A DNA stretch of 36,222 nucleotides from Acidimicrobiales bacterium (GTDB lineage: Bacteria; Actinomycetota; Acidimicrobiia; Acidimicrobiales; JAKAVM01). The stretch lies in NCBI GenBank assembly GCA_027451785.1, contig DAIDIS010000038.1, positions 1-36,222 of the forward strand. Reading direction: 5' to 3'. The notes under the pieces are model-generated. The model searched no databases, was not told the origin of the DNA, and saw only the letters and a program-made list of their open reading frames with translations. A program made the translations under genes and the position numbers. Positions 7,397-15,521 of this stretch are shown piece by piece; position 1 is the stretch's first letter; each line of letters starts with the position of its first letter.

Positions 7397-8998
7397 ATGC
7401 AACGCCTTACGGGTCTCGACGCCACGTTCCTATATTTGGAGACACCCGAGCAGCACATGCACACAGGCGGTGTCTTCGTATTTGATCCCTCCGAGCAGCC
7501 GGAAACATACAGACCGTATGAAGCCGTCCGCTCAGTCCTCGAGTCCCGCATTCACCTTCTCGCTCCATTCAGGCGACGTCTGGTTCAAGTGCCGTTTGCA
7601 CTCCACCACCCGATCTGGATCGAGGATCCCGATTTCGACTTGGACTACCACCTGAGGCGCGCAGCCCTACCATCGCCTGGCGGAGAGAAGGAGTTGGCGG
7701 AGCTGGCGAGCGAGATAATGGGCAGGCAGCTGGACCGCAACCATCCATTATGGGAAGCCTACGTAGTTGAAGGATTACAAGACGGCTACTTCGCTGTAAT
7801 AACGAAGACGCACCACGCAGCGATCGACGGCGTCTCGGGCGCCGAGCTGATCGTCAATCTCTTAGACCTGTCGGCAGAAGTGAGAGAAGTACCTCCACCG
7901 GAAAAGCCCTGGGAACCGGATCACGTCCCCAGTGATTTCGAGATGGTCGGATACGCTCTCTCCTCACTTTCCCGTCAACCGATATCTGCCGTAAAGGCTG
8001 TCAGGCGAACTATGGAAATGGCGCTTAATCTGCGGGAGAGAAATCGTCAGCCTGGGGTAAGCCCGCCACCTTCTCCTTTCCGCTGCCCCAAGACAAGCCT
8101 CAACGTGACCGTAGGCCCAAGGCGCAAGGCGAGCTTCGTAGATGTGTCTTTGGACGACTTGAAGCTGATCAAGAACACTTTTGGCGGGACGGTCAACGAC
8201 GTGGTGATGGCCCTTACGTCCGGCGCGCTGAGGAGGTATCTGGAGTCGAAGGGCGAAATACCGGAATCTCCCCTGGTGGCATTCGTACCTATTTCAGTTA
8301 GGACGGAAGACAATATGGGATCCCTTGGCAACAAGGTCTCCGGGATGCTTGCAACGCTCGCATCCGACATAGAAGATCCGGTCGAGAGACTTCATGCCAT
8401 ATCCGATGGAGTGCTTCAGGCCAAAGAACAGGACAAGGCCATCGGGGCCACGACGCTCACCGATTGGGCGGAGTTCGCCGCGCCGGCAATTGCCGCTCGT
8501 GCCGCACGATTGATTGCAGACATGAAAGTCTTCGAACGCTTGAAGCCGATATTCAACGTGCTCATCTCGAACGTGCCCGGCCCGAACTTTCCCCTCTACT
8601 CCGCTGGCTCCCGGCTGGTCGCCATGTACCCTATGGGTCCGGTCTCAAATGGCGCGGCCCTGAACATCACAGTTATGAGCTACATGGGCAGGATGAATTT
8701 CGGTTTGATGGCCTGTGCCGACGCTCTCCATGACGTTGACCGCATCGGTGGTTACCTACTCGACTCCCTTGCTGAGCTGAAGAAGGCGGCCGAGAAAGTA
8801 AACGGCAAGACGGCTGACGCTGCTGAGAGCATTGAAACTGAAGCCGTTGCTACCGTAACCGGATCTGCCGATGAACATGCAAAGCGATCACCGGCCAGCA
8901 CGACTCGCGCCCGTCGGAGTCCCTCGATATCAGGCGCATCCCGGTCTGGGACCACCCCCGCTCGGAAGCTCCCGGCCAAGGGCAAAACGGCTCGCTGA
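7397..8998 (+). CDS. wax ester synthase / diacylglycerol O-acyltransferase (WS/DGAT)
   Basis: The N-terminus is MQRLTGLDATFLYLE and the catalytic motif is HHAAIDGVSG (HHxxxDG). A basic, Ser/Arg/Thr-rich C-terminal tail of about 70 aa follows. Confidence 0.9.
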   Translation: MQRLTGLDATFLYLETPEQHMHTGGVFVFDPSEQPETYRPYEAVRSVLESRIHLLAPFRRRLVQVPFALHHPIWIEDPDFDLDYHLRRAALPSPGGEKELAELASEIMGRQLDRNHPLWEAYVVEGLQDGYFAVITKTHHAAIDGVSGAELIVNLLDLSAEVREVPPPEKPWEPDHVPSDFEMVGYALSSLSRQPISAVKAVRRTMEMALNLRERNRQPGVSPPPSPFRCPKTSLNVTVGPRRKASFVDVSLDDLKLIKNTFGGTVNDVVMALTSGALRRYLESKGEIPESPLVAFVPISVRTEDNMGSLGNKVSGMLATLASDIEDPVERLHAISDGVLQAKEQDKAIGATTLTDWAEFAAPAIAARAARLIADMKVFERLKPIFNVLISNVPGPNFPLYSAGSRLVAMYPMGPVSNGAALNITVMSYMGRMNFGLMACADALHDVDRIGGYLLDSLAELKKAAEKVNGKTADAAESIETEAVATVTGSADEHAKRSPASTTRARRSPSISGASRSGTTPARKLPAKGKTAR

Positions 8999-9041
8999 AC
9001 TGGACCCAACGTTTAGCTTTTTTTGGCTCAACGGACCGAGA

Positions 9042-9070
9042 TTACGCTCGGCCTGTTGAGTTGGTAGTAT
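9042..9070 (+). promoter_or_regulatory. candidate promoter for tRNA-Gly (extended -10)
   Basis: TGG-TAGTAT (extended -10, 9062-9070) ends 9 nt before the first tRNA base. A weak -35, TTACGC, lies at 9042-9047 with 17-nt spacing. Confidence 0.35.
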
Positions 9071-9079
9071 GTCCCCAGC

Positions 9080-9155
9080 GCGGACGTGGCTCAGCTGGTA
9101 GAGCATCACCTTGCCAAGGTGAGGGTCGCGGGTTCGAATCCCGTCGTCCGCTCCA
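9080..9155 (+). tRNA. tRNA-Gly (anticodon GCC), CCA encoded
   Basis: Hand-folded cloverleaf. Acceptor stem GCGGACG/CGTCCGC, D stem GCTC/GAGC, anticodon stem TCACC/GGTGA with loop TTGCCAA, T stem GCGGG/CCCGT with loop TTCGAAT, then T-CCA. Confidence 0.95.
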
Positions 9156-9159
9156 ATGA

Positions 9160-9182
9160 AGAGGGTCCTCGAAGGACCCTCT
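9160..9182 (+). terminator. hairpin immediately downstream of tRNA-Gly
   Basis: A 9-bp stem AGAGGGTCC / GGACCCTCT with a 5-nt loop. No U-tract follows, so its termination function is uncertain. Confidence 0.4.
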
Positions 9183-9479
9183 CGTCGCGCCAGGGGACTC
9201 TGCATTTCGCATCCGAGGCTCTAGCCGGTTTGGCGGCCCGCCGGCAAGAACCCTCAACCCATCGAGGTTCATTGACCGAATTTTCTTACAAATCGTCTCA
9301 AAAATGACCCAAACCTTAATGAATCCGTCAGATTCGCAAATCTAGGCTTTCGACATGCTCGTCGCGCTGTCTTACACACTCTCTGCGTTCGATATCGAAA
9401 TGAGGGTTGTGAGGGTTTCTGCCGACTTCCGCATTGCCAGCTACTTACTGACATCTCAGTAAGTAAGGGATAAGATTCT

Positions 9480-10061
9480 GTGATGCGGTCCACTGCTATT
9501 CCACTCTCGGCGAAAGTGATCTTTGGAGTCATTGGCGTCGTTTGGCTCGCGATTGAGCTGAGGAAAGGCTTGCACAAGCGAGCCGAGGCCTCGACCGCAG
9601 ATCAGGGAAGCAAACTTGCGAATATCATCCCCAATATCGGGGTGGTTGTAGCCATAGCGCTGGCGCTTATTTTTCCCAGTGCAATCTTCGGATCACGGCA
9701 TGTCACCAGTTGGTTGGGAATTTGTGTCTTCGTGGCGGGCTTTGCGTTGCGATTATGGTGCTTTGCCGCTCTCGGGCAATATTTTACCTTCATGGTTCAA
9801 ACCAGTAAGGACCAGCCGGTGATCCAGTCAGGTCCTTACAAATTCCTTCGCCACCCAAGTTATGCCGGCGTCCTGCTGGTTGTCACCGGCGTGGGGATAT
9901 TCTTCGGCTATTACATTTCACTTCTCGTTGCCGTTGGGGCAGTCTTCGCAGGCTTGGCCTACCGAATCGGAGTCGAAGAGGCAGCGCTGGAGAATGAGCT
10001 CGGAACCAAATACAGCGAGTTCGCCAAAGGCCGCAAACGGCTTATTCCTTTCGTTTGGTAA
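9480..10061 (+). CDS. isoprenylcysteine carboxyl methyltransferase (ICMT/PEMT) family membrane protein
   Basis: Multi-pass membrane protein. The C-terminal block is GPYKFLRHPSYAGVLLV...EEAALENELGTKYSEF, typical of the ICMT/phospholipid methyltransferase family. Confidence 0.8.
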   Translation: MMRSTAIPLSAKVIFGVIGVVWLAIELRKGLHKRAEASTADQGSKLANIIPNIGVVVAIALALIFPSAIFGSRHVTSWLGICVFVAGFALRLWCFAALGQYFTFMVQTSKDQPVIQSGPYKFLRHPSYAGVLLVVTGVGIFFGYYISLLVAVGAVFAGLAYRIGVEEAALENELGTKYSEFAKGRKRLIPFVW

Positions 10062-10120
10062 GACCTACCTTCATCGCCGGCAACAAGAATTGCAACCGTG
10101 CCGTACTGGCGCACCACGAT

Positions 10121-10999
10121 TCAGGCGGAGAACCCTGCCTCTCCCCGGTTGCTGCTTTTCCCAGCCTGCCTATTGGAGCCGTTAATGTACAAGACTCCGC
10201 ATACAACGAGTGACAGCGAAACCAACTCCGGAATCACCAACACGCCGGATCTCAGGCTCTCTCCGAACAGGCCGACCCCCAGCGCCACCGAAACCAAAGG
10301 GTCGGTTATGGTAATCGCAGGCTGAGCGATCCTGACCTGCCCGTATTGAAAGGCATTGTTCGACAACCAAAGGGCCGCAATTCCGCAGAAGGCCATCACG
10401 TATGGCGACCAACTTCCGAGCACTCCCCATCCGCGATGGTGAGCAACGACTGTTAGGTACTTTGCGAAAGCGGCAGTGAGCGCGAACAGTGCGCCCGCTG
10501 CTATGCCATAGCCAGCAGAAGCAATCCTCCCCTCCGGAGATCGCAAGCCAGCCCTTACGATTCCAACTAAAAGGCACACCGAGCCCGATGCCGCAATCCA
10601 CTGGATGAGCGAAGGCAATCTAGATGGGGCGGAGTGATTCTCGGAAGTGGCCAGAAATCCAGCAAGGCCTATGACGATCATCCCGGCCGCTGCCCAGCTG
10701 CCACGATTGTGCCTCTCCTCATTGATGCGCTGGGCCAGGGCCAAGGCGAATACCAGCTCGATGACGAGAAGGGGTTGAACAACGGTCAGGCTGGCATGCG
10801 CCAAGGCGACCAGATGAAAGCAAAAAGACGCCGCAACCCCAGCCACTGATACCAGCCAGTACGGATTCCGGAACCTAAGTATGGCCAACCGCCATCCCCT
10901 TACGTCCAGGTCCCCAATCGAGGTACCCGCTTTCCGTTGAGCAACCGATGATGCCGCGTTAAAGACGGCAGAAATTATCGCAGCGAGATACCCAAGCAT
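10121..10999 (-). CDS. DMT-superfamily-like integral membrane permease
   Basis: About 10 predicted TM helices with a two-half organisation. The start lies 5 nt after the yihY-like stop. Family assignment is by overall resemblance only. Confidence 0.55.
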   Translation of the reverse strand: MLGYLAAIISAVFNAASSVAQRKAGTSIGDLDVRGWRLAILRFRNPYWLVSVAGVAASFCFHLVALAHASLTVVQPLLVIELVFALALAQRINEERHNRGSWAAAGMIVIGLAGFLATSENHSAPSRLPSLIQWIAASGSVCLLVGIVRAGLRSPEGRIASAGYGIAAGALFALTAAFAKYLTVVAHHRGWGVLGSWSPYVMAFCGIAALWLSNNAFQYGQVRIAQPAITITDPLVSVALGVGLFGESLRSGVLVIPELVSLSLVVCGVLYINGSNRQAGKSSNRGEAGFSA

Positions 11000-11004
11000 G
11001 AGCC

Positions 11005-11898
11005 TTAAATCTGATTTTGATTCCCAATGCTTACTTCCTCACCTCGGTCGGAAACAAGGCTCCTTGGCCAAATTGCCTTGTAGAGAACGACGTTCAGCTC
11101 CGTAGATAGAAGTGTGACCTCCGACACAAGTAACACCCATGCCAATAGCCCGATCACTACAGCGAACATACCGTAGGAGCCGGAGGCACTTCTCATTGCG
11201 TGGCGCACTAGATAGGACCCGACCGACTCCAAGACCCACCATGCCAGGCCTCCGGCCAGTGACCCCGGCATCAACTTTCTCATTGGAAGTCGTAGCGGCG
11301 TCAGCATCTTGAACGCACCCAGATAAAGAGTGCAACTAAGGAGAATTGCGACGATGGTAGCCGCGACCCGCAAGACAATCTCTGGAGCAGCGCCCGTCAG
11401 CCACCCCGAAAGCATAGTGACAGCTATTGTCCCCGAGCCTAGATAAGCAGTGAATTCCATACCTTTCAAGGTTCGGGACCAGAACCCTGGTCGTCCGGAT
11501 GCCGGGATACCCCAAGCTTGTTGAGTCACGAATATGGCCGAGTTTGAAAGGCCGCGCGACCCATAGAGCAATCCCAATGCCGAGACGACGAACGCAGGAA
11601 TGGACACATGCGCGATCGTGTGTATGTTGTCCTTAATTTGAGTGCCCACGATGGGGAACTCCACGAACGCCGATTGGAGGATCCGGCGCTTGATACCTGG
11701 GGCCTTGACCAGCAAGACCCCAAGTGCCGAGGTCAGCAGGAGCAGGAGCGGGAACAATGCGACAAAGCTGGAGTATGTAAGCTGAGTCGCCAGTAGGCTG
11801 CCGTTGTCATCTGAGTACTTCTTGAAAACCGCAATCGCTACCGAAGTCGTTTTCCGTTTTTGCTGGAAGCGGTCAAGCCGATTAACCAGCGGAATCAC
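11005..11898 (-). CDS. YihY/BrkB (virulence factor BrkB) family membrane protein
   Basis: FKKYSDDNGSLLATQLTYSSFVALFPLLLLL is the characteristic YihY N-terminal block. The GTG at 11898 forms a GTGA overlap with the SDR stop. The longer ORF to 11934 would overlap the SDR gene by 40 nt. Confidence 0.8.
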   Translation of the reverse strand: MIPLVNRLDRFQQKRKTTSVAIAVFKKYSDDNGSLLATQLTYSSFVALFPLLLLLTSALGVLLVKAPGIKRRILQSAFVEFPIVGTQIKDNIHTIAHVSIPAFVVSALGLLYGSRGLSNSAIFVTQQAWGIPASGRPGFWSRTLKGMEFTAYLGSGTIAVTMLSGWLTGAAPEIVLRVAATIVAILLSCTLYLGAFKMLTPLRLPMRKLMPGSLAGGLAWWVLESVGSYLVRHAMRSASGSYGMFAVVIGLLAWVLLVSEVTLLSTELNVVLYKAIWPRSLVSDRGEEVSIGNQNQI

Positions 11899-12698
11899 TT
11901 GATTCTCATGGCGACCTTGGACATGGCCCAACAATAGGGCCGGGGGAATGCAACTTTCACGAGATGGGCAGACTTAAGCCACCCCGGAATGAAGGCCTCT
12001 CGTCTGCCGGCCTCGACCACATCCCAAATCTTGGAGGCCGCATCAGCGGCATCCATCGACCTGGGCACCAGTCGGCTCTCCCTTCCGCCGGCAGACCCGA
12101 AATTGCCGATGTCGAGGCCAGTCCGAACCCGACCAAGCCTCACTGTCGTGACTCGAATTCCCTTAGATGCAAGCTCGGCAGCCAATGCCTCCGCCAATCC
12201 TTCACCCGCAAACTTGGTAGCCGAGTAAACGGACTCATATGGCACTCCGGTAATGCCCGCAATCGATGAGACCAGGACCAGCTGTCCGTTCCGGGCCCGG
12301 AGCATGGGAGCCAGCCCAATCCGGAAGGTGTTGATCGTGCCCGCGACATTGGTTCCGATCACCTCCGCGACCCTCGATGTCTTCGTAGAAACCAACTCTG
12401 CCTTCATACCTACGCCCGCATTGGCAACCAGGACGTCAATGCCCCCGAGACCGGCAGTTACAATCCTCAGAGCACGCCCGAGCTCTTTCCCATTGGAAAT
12501 GTCGGCCGGGTAGGCGACTGCGGTTGAACCGGTATCCGAGACTTCACTAACCACAGCGTCAAGGTCGGCCTTGCTTCTTGCGATAAGGCCGATCCTTGCT
12601 CCACGCCGCCCGGCTTCAATCGCCATCGCTCTCCCCAGGCCGCGAGACGACCCGGTTATCACAACCGACTTTCCGGCAACTCCTTGGGGGCGGCTCAA
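11895..12698 (-). CDS. classical short-chain dehydrogenase/reductase (SDR)
   Basis: VVITGSSRGLGRAMA is the TGxxxGxG motif. NAG and the YSATKFAGEG (YxxxK) catalytic motif are present. The TTG start forms a TTGA overlap with the hpnH stop. Confidence 0.9.
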   Translation of the reverse strand: MSRPQGVAGKSVVITGSSRGLGRAMAIEAGRRGARIGLIARSKADLDAVVSEVSDTGSTAVAYPADISNGKELGRALRIVTAGLGGIDVLVANAGVGMKAELVSTKTSRVAEVIGTNVAGTINTFRIGLAPMLRARNGQLVLVSSIAGITGVPYESVYSATKFAGEGLAEALAAELASKGIRVTTVRLGRVRTGLDIGNFGSAGGRESRLVPRSMDAADAASKIWDVVEAGRREAFIPGWLKSAHLVKVAFPRPYCWAMSKVAMRIK

Positions 12699-13699
12699 GG
12701 ACCCAGAGCCGCCCTAAGCGACTCCTTCATCGACCCGAGAGTAGCGTGCACTGCGGTCGGCTCATAACCGCAGTGAGCCATGCAATTGGCACAGCGAATG
12801 TCCTTTCCCCTTCCGTAGCTACCCCAATCCGTTGTCTCGATCAGCTCCTTGTAGGTTCTTGCGTACCCGTCGGCCATCAAGTAGCACGGTCTCTGCCAGC
12901 CAAAAATCGAATAGGACGGTATCCCCCATGCAGTGCAGTCGTAGTCGACCTTGCCCTCGAGAAAGTCGAGATACAAGGGCGTATGATTTAGTCGCCAACG
13001 CTTCCGGCCCCCATGGGCAAATGCCTGGGAAAAGAGTCTCCGAGTCTCTGCTACACCCATGAAGTGTTCCTGGTCGGGAGCTTTGCCGTAAGCATACGCT
13101 GGTGAAATCATCATGGCGTCTACCTGCAGCTCATCGTTAAGGAAATCGAGGACTTCCCTCACGGTCTTTGGGGAATCGGTGCTGAAGAAGGTCGAGTTGG
13201 TGGTCACCCTGAACCCAAGTGCCTTTGCCTCCCTTATGGCTTCGACAGCCTTGTCGAAAACCCCTTCCCTACTTACGGCTTTGTCATGAGCATCTTTCAG
13301 GCCGTCGATATGGACAACCCAAGAGAAATTGTCCGATGGCTCAAAATGCCGGGCCTTGCGCTGAAGCAGGAGGGCGTTGGTGCACAGATAGACGAACCTG
13401 TTGCGCTTGACCAACTCATAAACAATCTTGTCGATTTGGGGATGGAGGAGTGGCTCTCCACCGGCAATCGAAACCATTGGGGCTCCGCACTCCTCAACTG
13501 CCCCCACCGCGTCATCGACGCTAAGGCGCTTTCGCAGGGTTTCGATTGGATGTTGAATCTTTCCGCACCCGGAACAAGACAAGTTGCAGGCAAAAAGCGG
13601 CTCCAACTCGACTATCAGAGGAAACTTTTCGACCTTGCGCCGCTTTTGCTGCGCGAGATACTTGAATATCGCTGCTTTTTGCTTAATGGGAATCGACAA
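12695..13699 (-). CDS. hpnH: radical SAM adenosylhopane synthase-type protein HpnH
   Basis: KFPLIVELEPLFACNLSCSGCGKIQHP (CxxxCxxC), VSIAGGEPLLHPQI, and the C-terminal CANCMAHCGYEPTAV closely track the HpnH family sequence as I recall it from Streptomyces. Confidence 0.85.
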   Translation of the reverse strand: MSIPIKQKAAIFKYLAQQKRRKVEKFPLIVELEPLFACNLSCSGCGKIQHPIETLRKRLSVDDAVGAVEECGAPMVSIAGGEPLLHPQIDKIVYELVKRNRFVYLCTNALLLQRKARHFEPSDNFSWVVHIDGLKDAHDKAVSREGVFDKAVEAIREAKALGFRVTTNSTFFSTDSPKTVREVLDFLNDELQVDAMMISPAYAYGKAPDQEHFMGVAETRRLFSQAFAHGGRKRWRLNHTPLYLDFLEGKVDYDCTAWGIPSYSIFGWQRPCYLMADGYARTYKELIETTDWGSYGRGKDIRCANCMAHCGYEPTAVHATLGSMKESLRAALGP

Positions 13700-13701
13700 G
13701 C

Positions 13702-14760
13702 CTAGAACCTCCTATTTGGGTTCCTGATCTTGGTCCGGCGCATCTTCCTTGTCGGAGGCTGAGCGGAGCGAAAGGTTTCGTCACTGCCCGATGGAGCTTC
13801 CTGCACGTTGTGGGTATCGGAAGACGAGTCCCGCAGTCCCGATGGAATGGTGAACTGAACCCCGTACTCGAAATCTTCGGAGTTCACTCTCAAATCGATT
13901 ATGGGGCAATCGCCGAAGTGCCTCTTCAGTTCCGAGACAACCCCGACCACAAGCATCTCCGGAGTGGAAGCACCGGCTGCAACCCCAACCGAGGACTCCT
14001 CGGAAATCGCCGCCCATGGGATTCCCTCTGAATCGTCAATCAGCGAAGCTTGGCAGCCACTCCGAATGGCAACCTCGACAAGTCGGTTGGCATTAGAAGA
14101 ACTCCGCGAACCGACCACAAGAATCGTGTCGCATTTCTCAGCCAATTCCTTCACTGCCTTCTGCCGATTCTGGCTCGCGTAACAGACATCCTCAGATGGA
14201 GGTGGGGTCGCTAACGGGTACCTCGCTACCAGGTGACCGACGATGTCGGACACCTCGTCATTAGCGAGGGTCGTCTGAGTTATAAAGGTGACTCCTCTGG
14301 CCGAATCAAGCCCGAGCTTCAACACGTCATCCGTCGACTCAACCAGATGAATGCCTGGGACTTCGCCCATCGTGCCTAGGGTTTCGTCGTGACCCGCGTG
14401 GGCAATCAGCACTACCTGATCACCTCGCTCGTAACCTCGCTTTGCCTCAACATGAACTTTGGTCACAAGGGGGCAAGTGGCGTCGATAACTCTGTGCCCC
14501 ATGGAATCGGCCTCTTGCCTGACCGCAGGCGACACACCATGAGCGGAGAAGACCACCACCGACCTGGGTGGCGCCTCATCAACCTCCTCAACAAAAACAG
14601 CGCCTTTTGCAGCGAGTTGATTCACCACGAACTCGTTGTGCACAATTTGCTTGCGCACATATACCGGGGGCCCGTATTTCGAAAGTGCACGCTCAACAAT
14701 CTCGATTGCCCGGTCGACTCCCGCGCAAAATGCCCTAGATCTGGCCAGGTAGATTCTCAT
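13702..14760 (-). CDS. ispH: 4-hydroxy-3-methylbut-2-enyl diphosphate reductase
   Basis: MRIYLARSRAFCAGVDRAIEIV, SAHGVSP, DATCPLVTKVH, and SSNANRL are IspH/LytB blocks. The ATG at 14760 forms an ATGA overlap with the upstream stop. There is a C-terminal extension of about 45 aa. Confidence 0.9.
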   Translation of the reverse strand: MRIYLARSRAFCAGVDRAIEIVERALSKYGPPVYVRKQIVHNEFVVNQLAAKGAVFVEEVDEAPPRSVVVFSAHGVSPAVRQEADSMGHRVIDATCPLVTKVHVEAKRGYERGDQVVLIAHAGHDETLGTMGEVPGIHLVESTDDVLKLGLDSARGVTFITQTTLANDEVSDIVGHLVARYPLATPPPSEDVCYASQNRQKAVKELAEKCDTILVVGSRSSSNANRLVEVAIRSGCQASLIDDSEGIPWAAISEESSVGVAAGASTPEMLVVGVVSELKRHFGDCPIIDLRVNSEDFEYGVQFTIPSGLRDSSSDTHNVQEAPSGSDETFRSAQPPTRKMRRTKIRNPNRRF

Positions 14761-15521
14761 CCCGCCATATCCCTCTTGACGACTTCTCGGCTTGCCATCG
14801 GGAGCCCGGAGCAACTTGCCCCTTCGAGTTCAGCTATGACTTGGCAGACCAGAGATAATGACTTAAGCGCCCTCGGCAATTGGGCAGCTACTCTGCCCGA
14901 AATTACTCCCCTATCCAGTGGGTCAAGGACTACCCTCACAACCCCGAACTGCGTAGGCAAGCCGGATCGACGGGCCTTGTCCACAATCCAGAAGGACTCC
15001 ATATCCACTCCCAGCGCACCGCGGGATTCTAAAAGCCTTCTGCGCCGTCGCTTCGGTACGAATCTCTCGCTTGTCAGAATCGGACCGGTTGCAACCCTAA
15101 GCCCATGCATCGCCAAGTGCCGGGAGAGTTGGTGGGGCATCGACAACGAAATGGGCTTCTGGTTTTCGCTCTCCGTGCTTGATGCTTGAGCAGCTCCATC
15201 TGCTTCTGCAATGACCTTCGTAGCCACAATTACGTCACCGGTCTCCAGCCCAGCTCCGATAGCGCCGCACAAACCGACCACCAAAAGCCGGCTGCACTCG
15301 TTGGTAAGGCGGTCAGCACTACCGGGGCCACTCAGTACTCTTGTCCCACCGATACCAGCTCGTACCACGATTTCGTTTGCCAGTCGTCTTGCAGGATTGA
15401 TCCCACCATTCGTAACGTCGGCAATCGCTCTACCGACACCTCGCCTTGCAGCCCAAGCTTCAATACTCATCGGCGCGAGGATCCGAATACCACCCGGAAC
15501 GGCAATCCATTCTTGAGTCAT
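14757..15521 (-). CDS. hpnG: PNP/MTAN-fold phosphorylase family protein, HpnG-like (hopanoid-associated phosphorylase)
   Basis: LVVGLCGAIGAGLETGDVIVA and GALGVDMES are nucleoside phosphorylase family motifs. The gene sits in an operon with hpnH. The ATG at 15521 forms an ATGA overlap with the polyprenyl synthetase stop. Confidence 0.7.
   Translation of the reverse strand: MTQEWIAVPGGIRILAPMSIEAWAARRGVGRAIADVTNGGINPARRLANEIVVRAGIGGTRVLSGPGSADRLTNECSRLLVVGLCGAIGAGLETGDVIVATKVIAEADGAAQASSTESENQKPISLSMPHQLSRHLAMHGLRVATGPILTSERFVPKRRRRRLLESRGALGVDMESFWIVDKARRSGLPTQFGVVRVVLDPLDRGVISGRVAAQLPRALKSLSLVCQVIAELEGASCSGLPMASREVVKRDMAG

Noticed and set aside
7225-7551. 108-aa minus-strand ORF spanning the dut/WS-DGAT intergenic region
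   Set aside because: It overlaps the well-supported WS/DGAT N-terminus in antisense. Its composition is Cys/Arg-rich and non-protein-like, and no SD is present.
9080-12698. Genomic island integrated at tRNA-Gly
   Set aside because: No integrase lies next to the tRNA. I could not find a direct repeat of the tRNA 3' end downstream. The genes that follow belong to a tightly coupled biosynthetic operon rather than mobile cargo.
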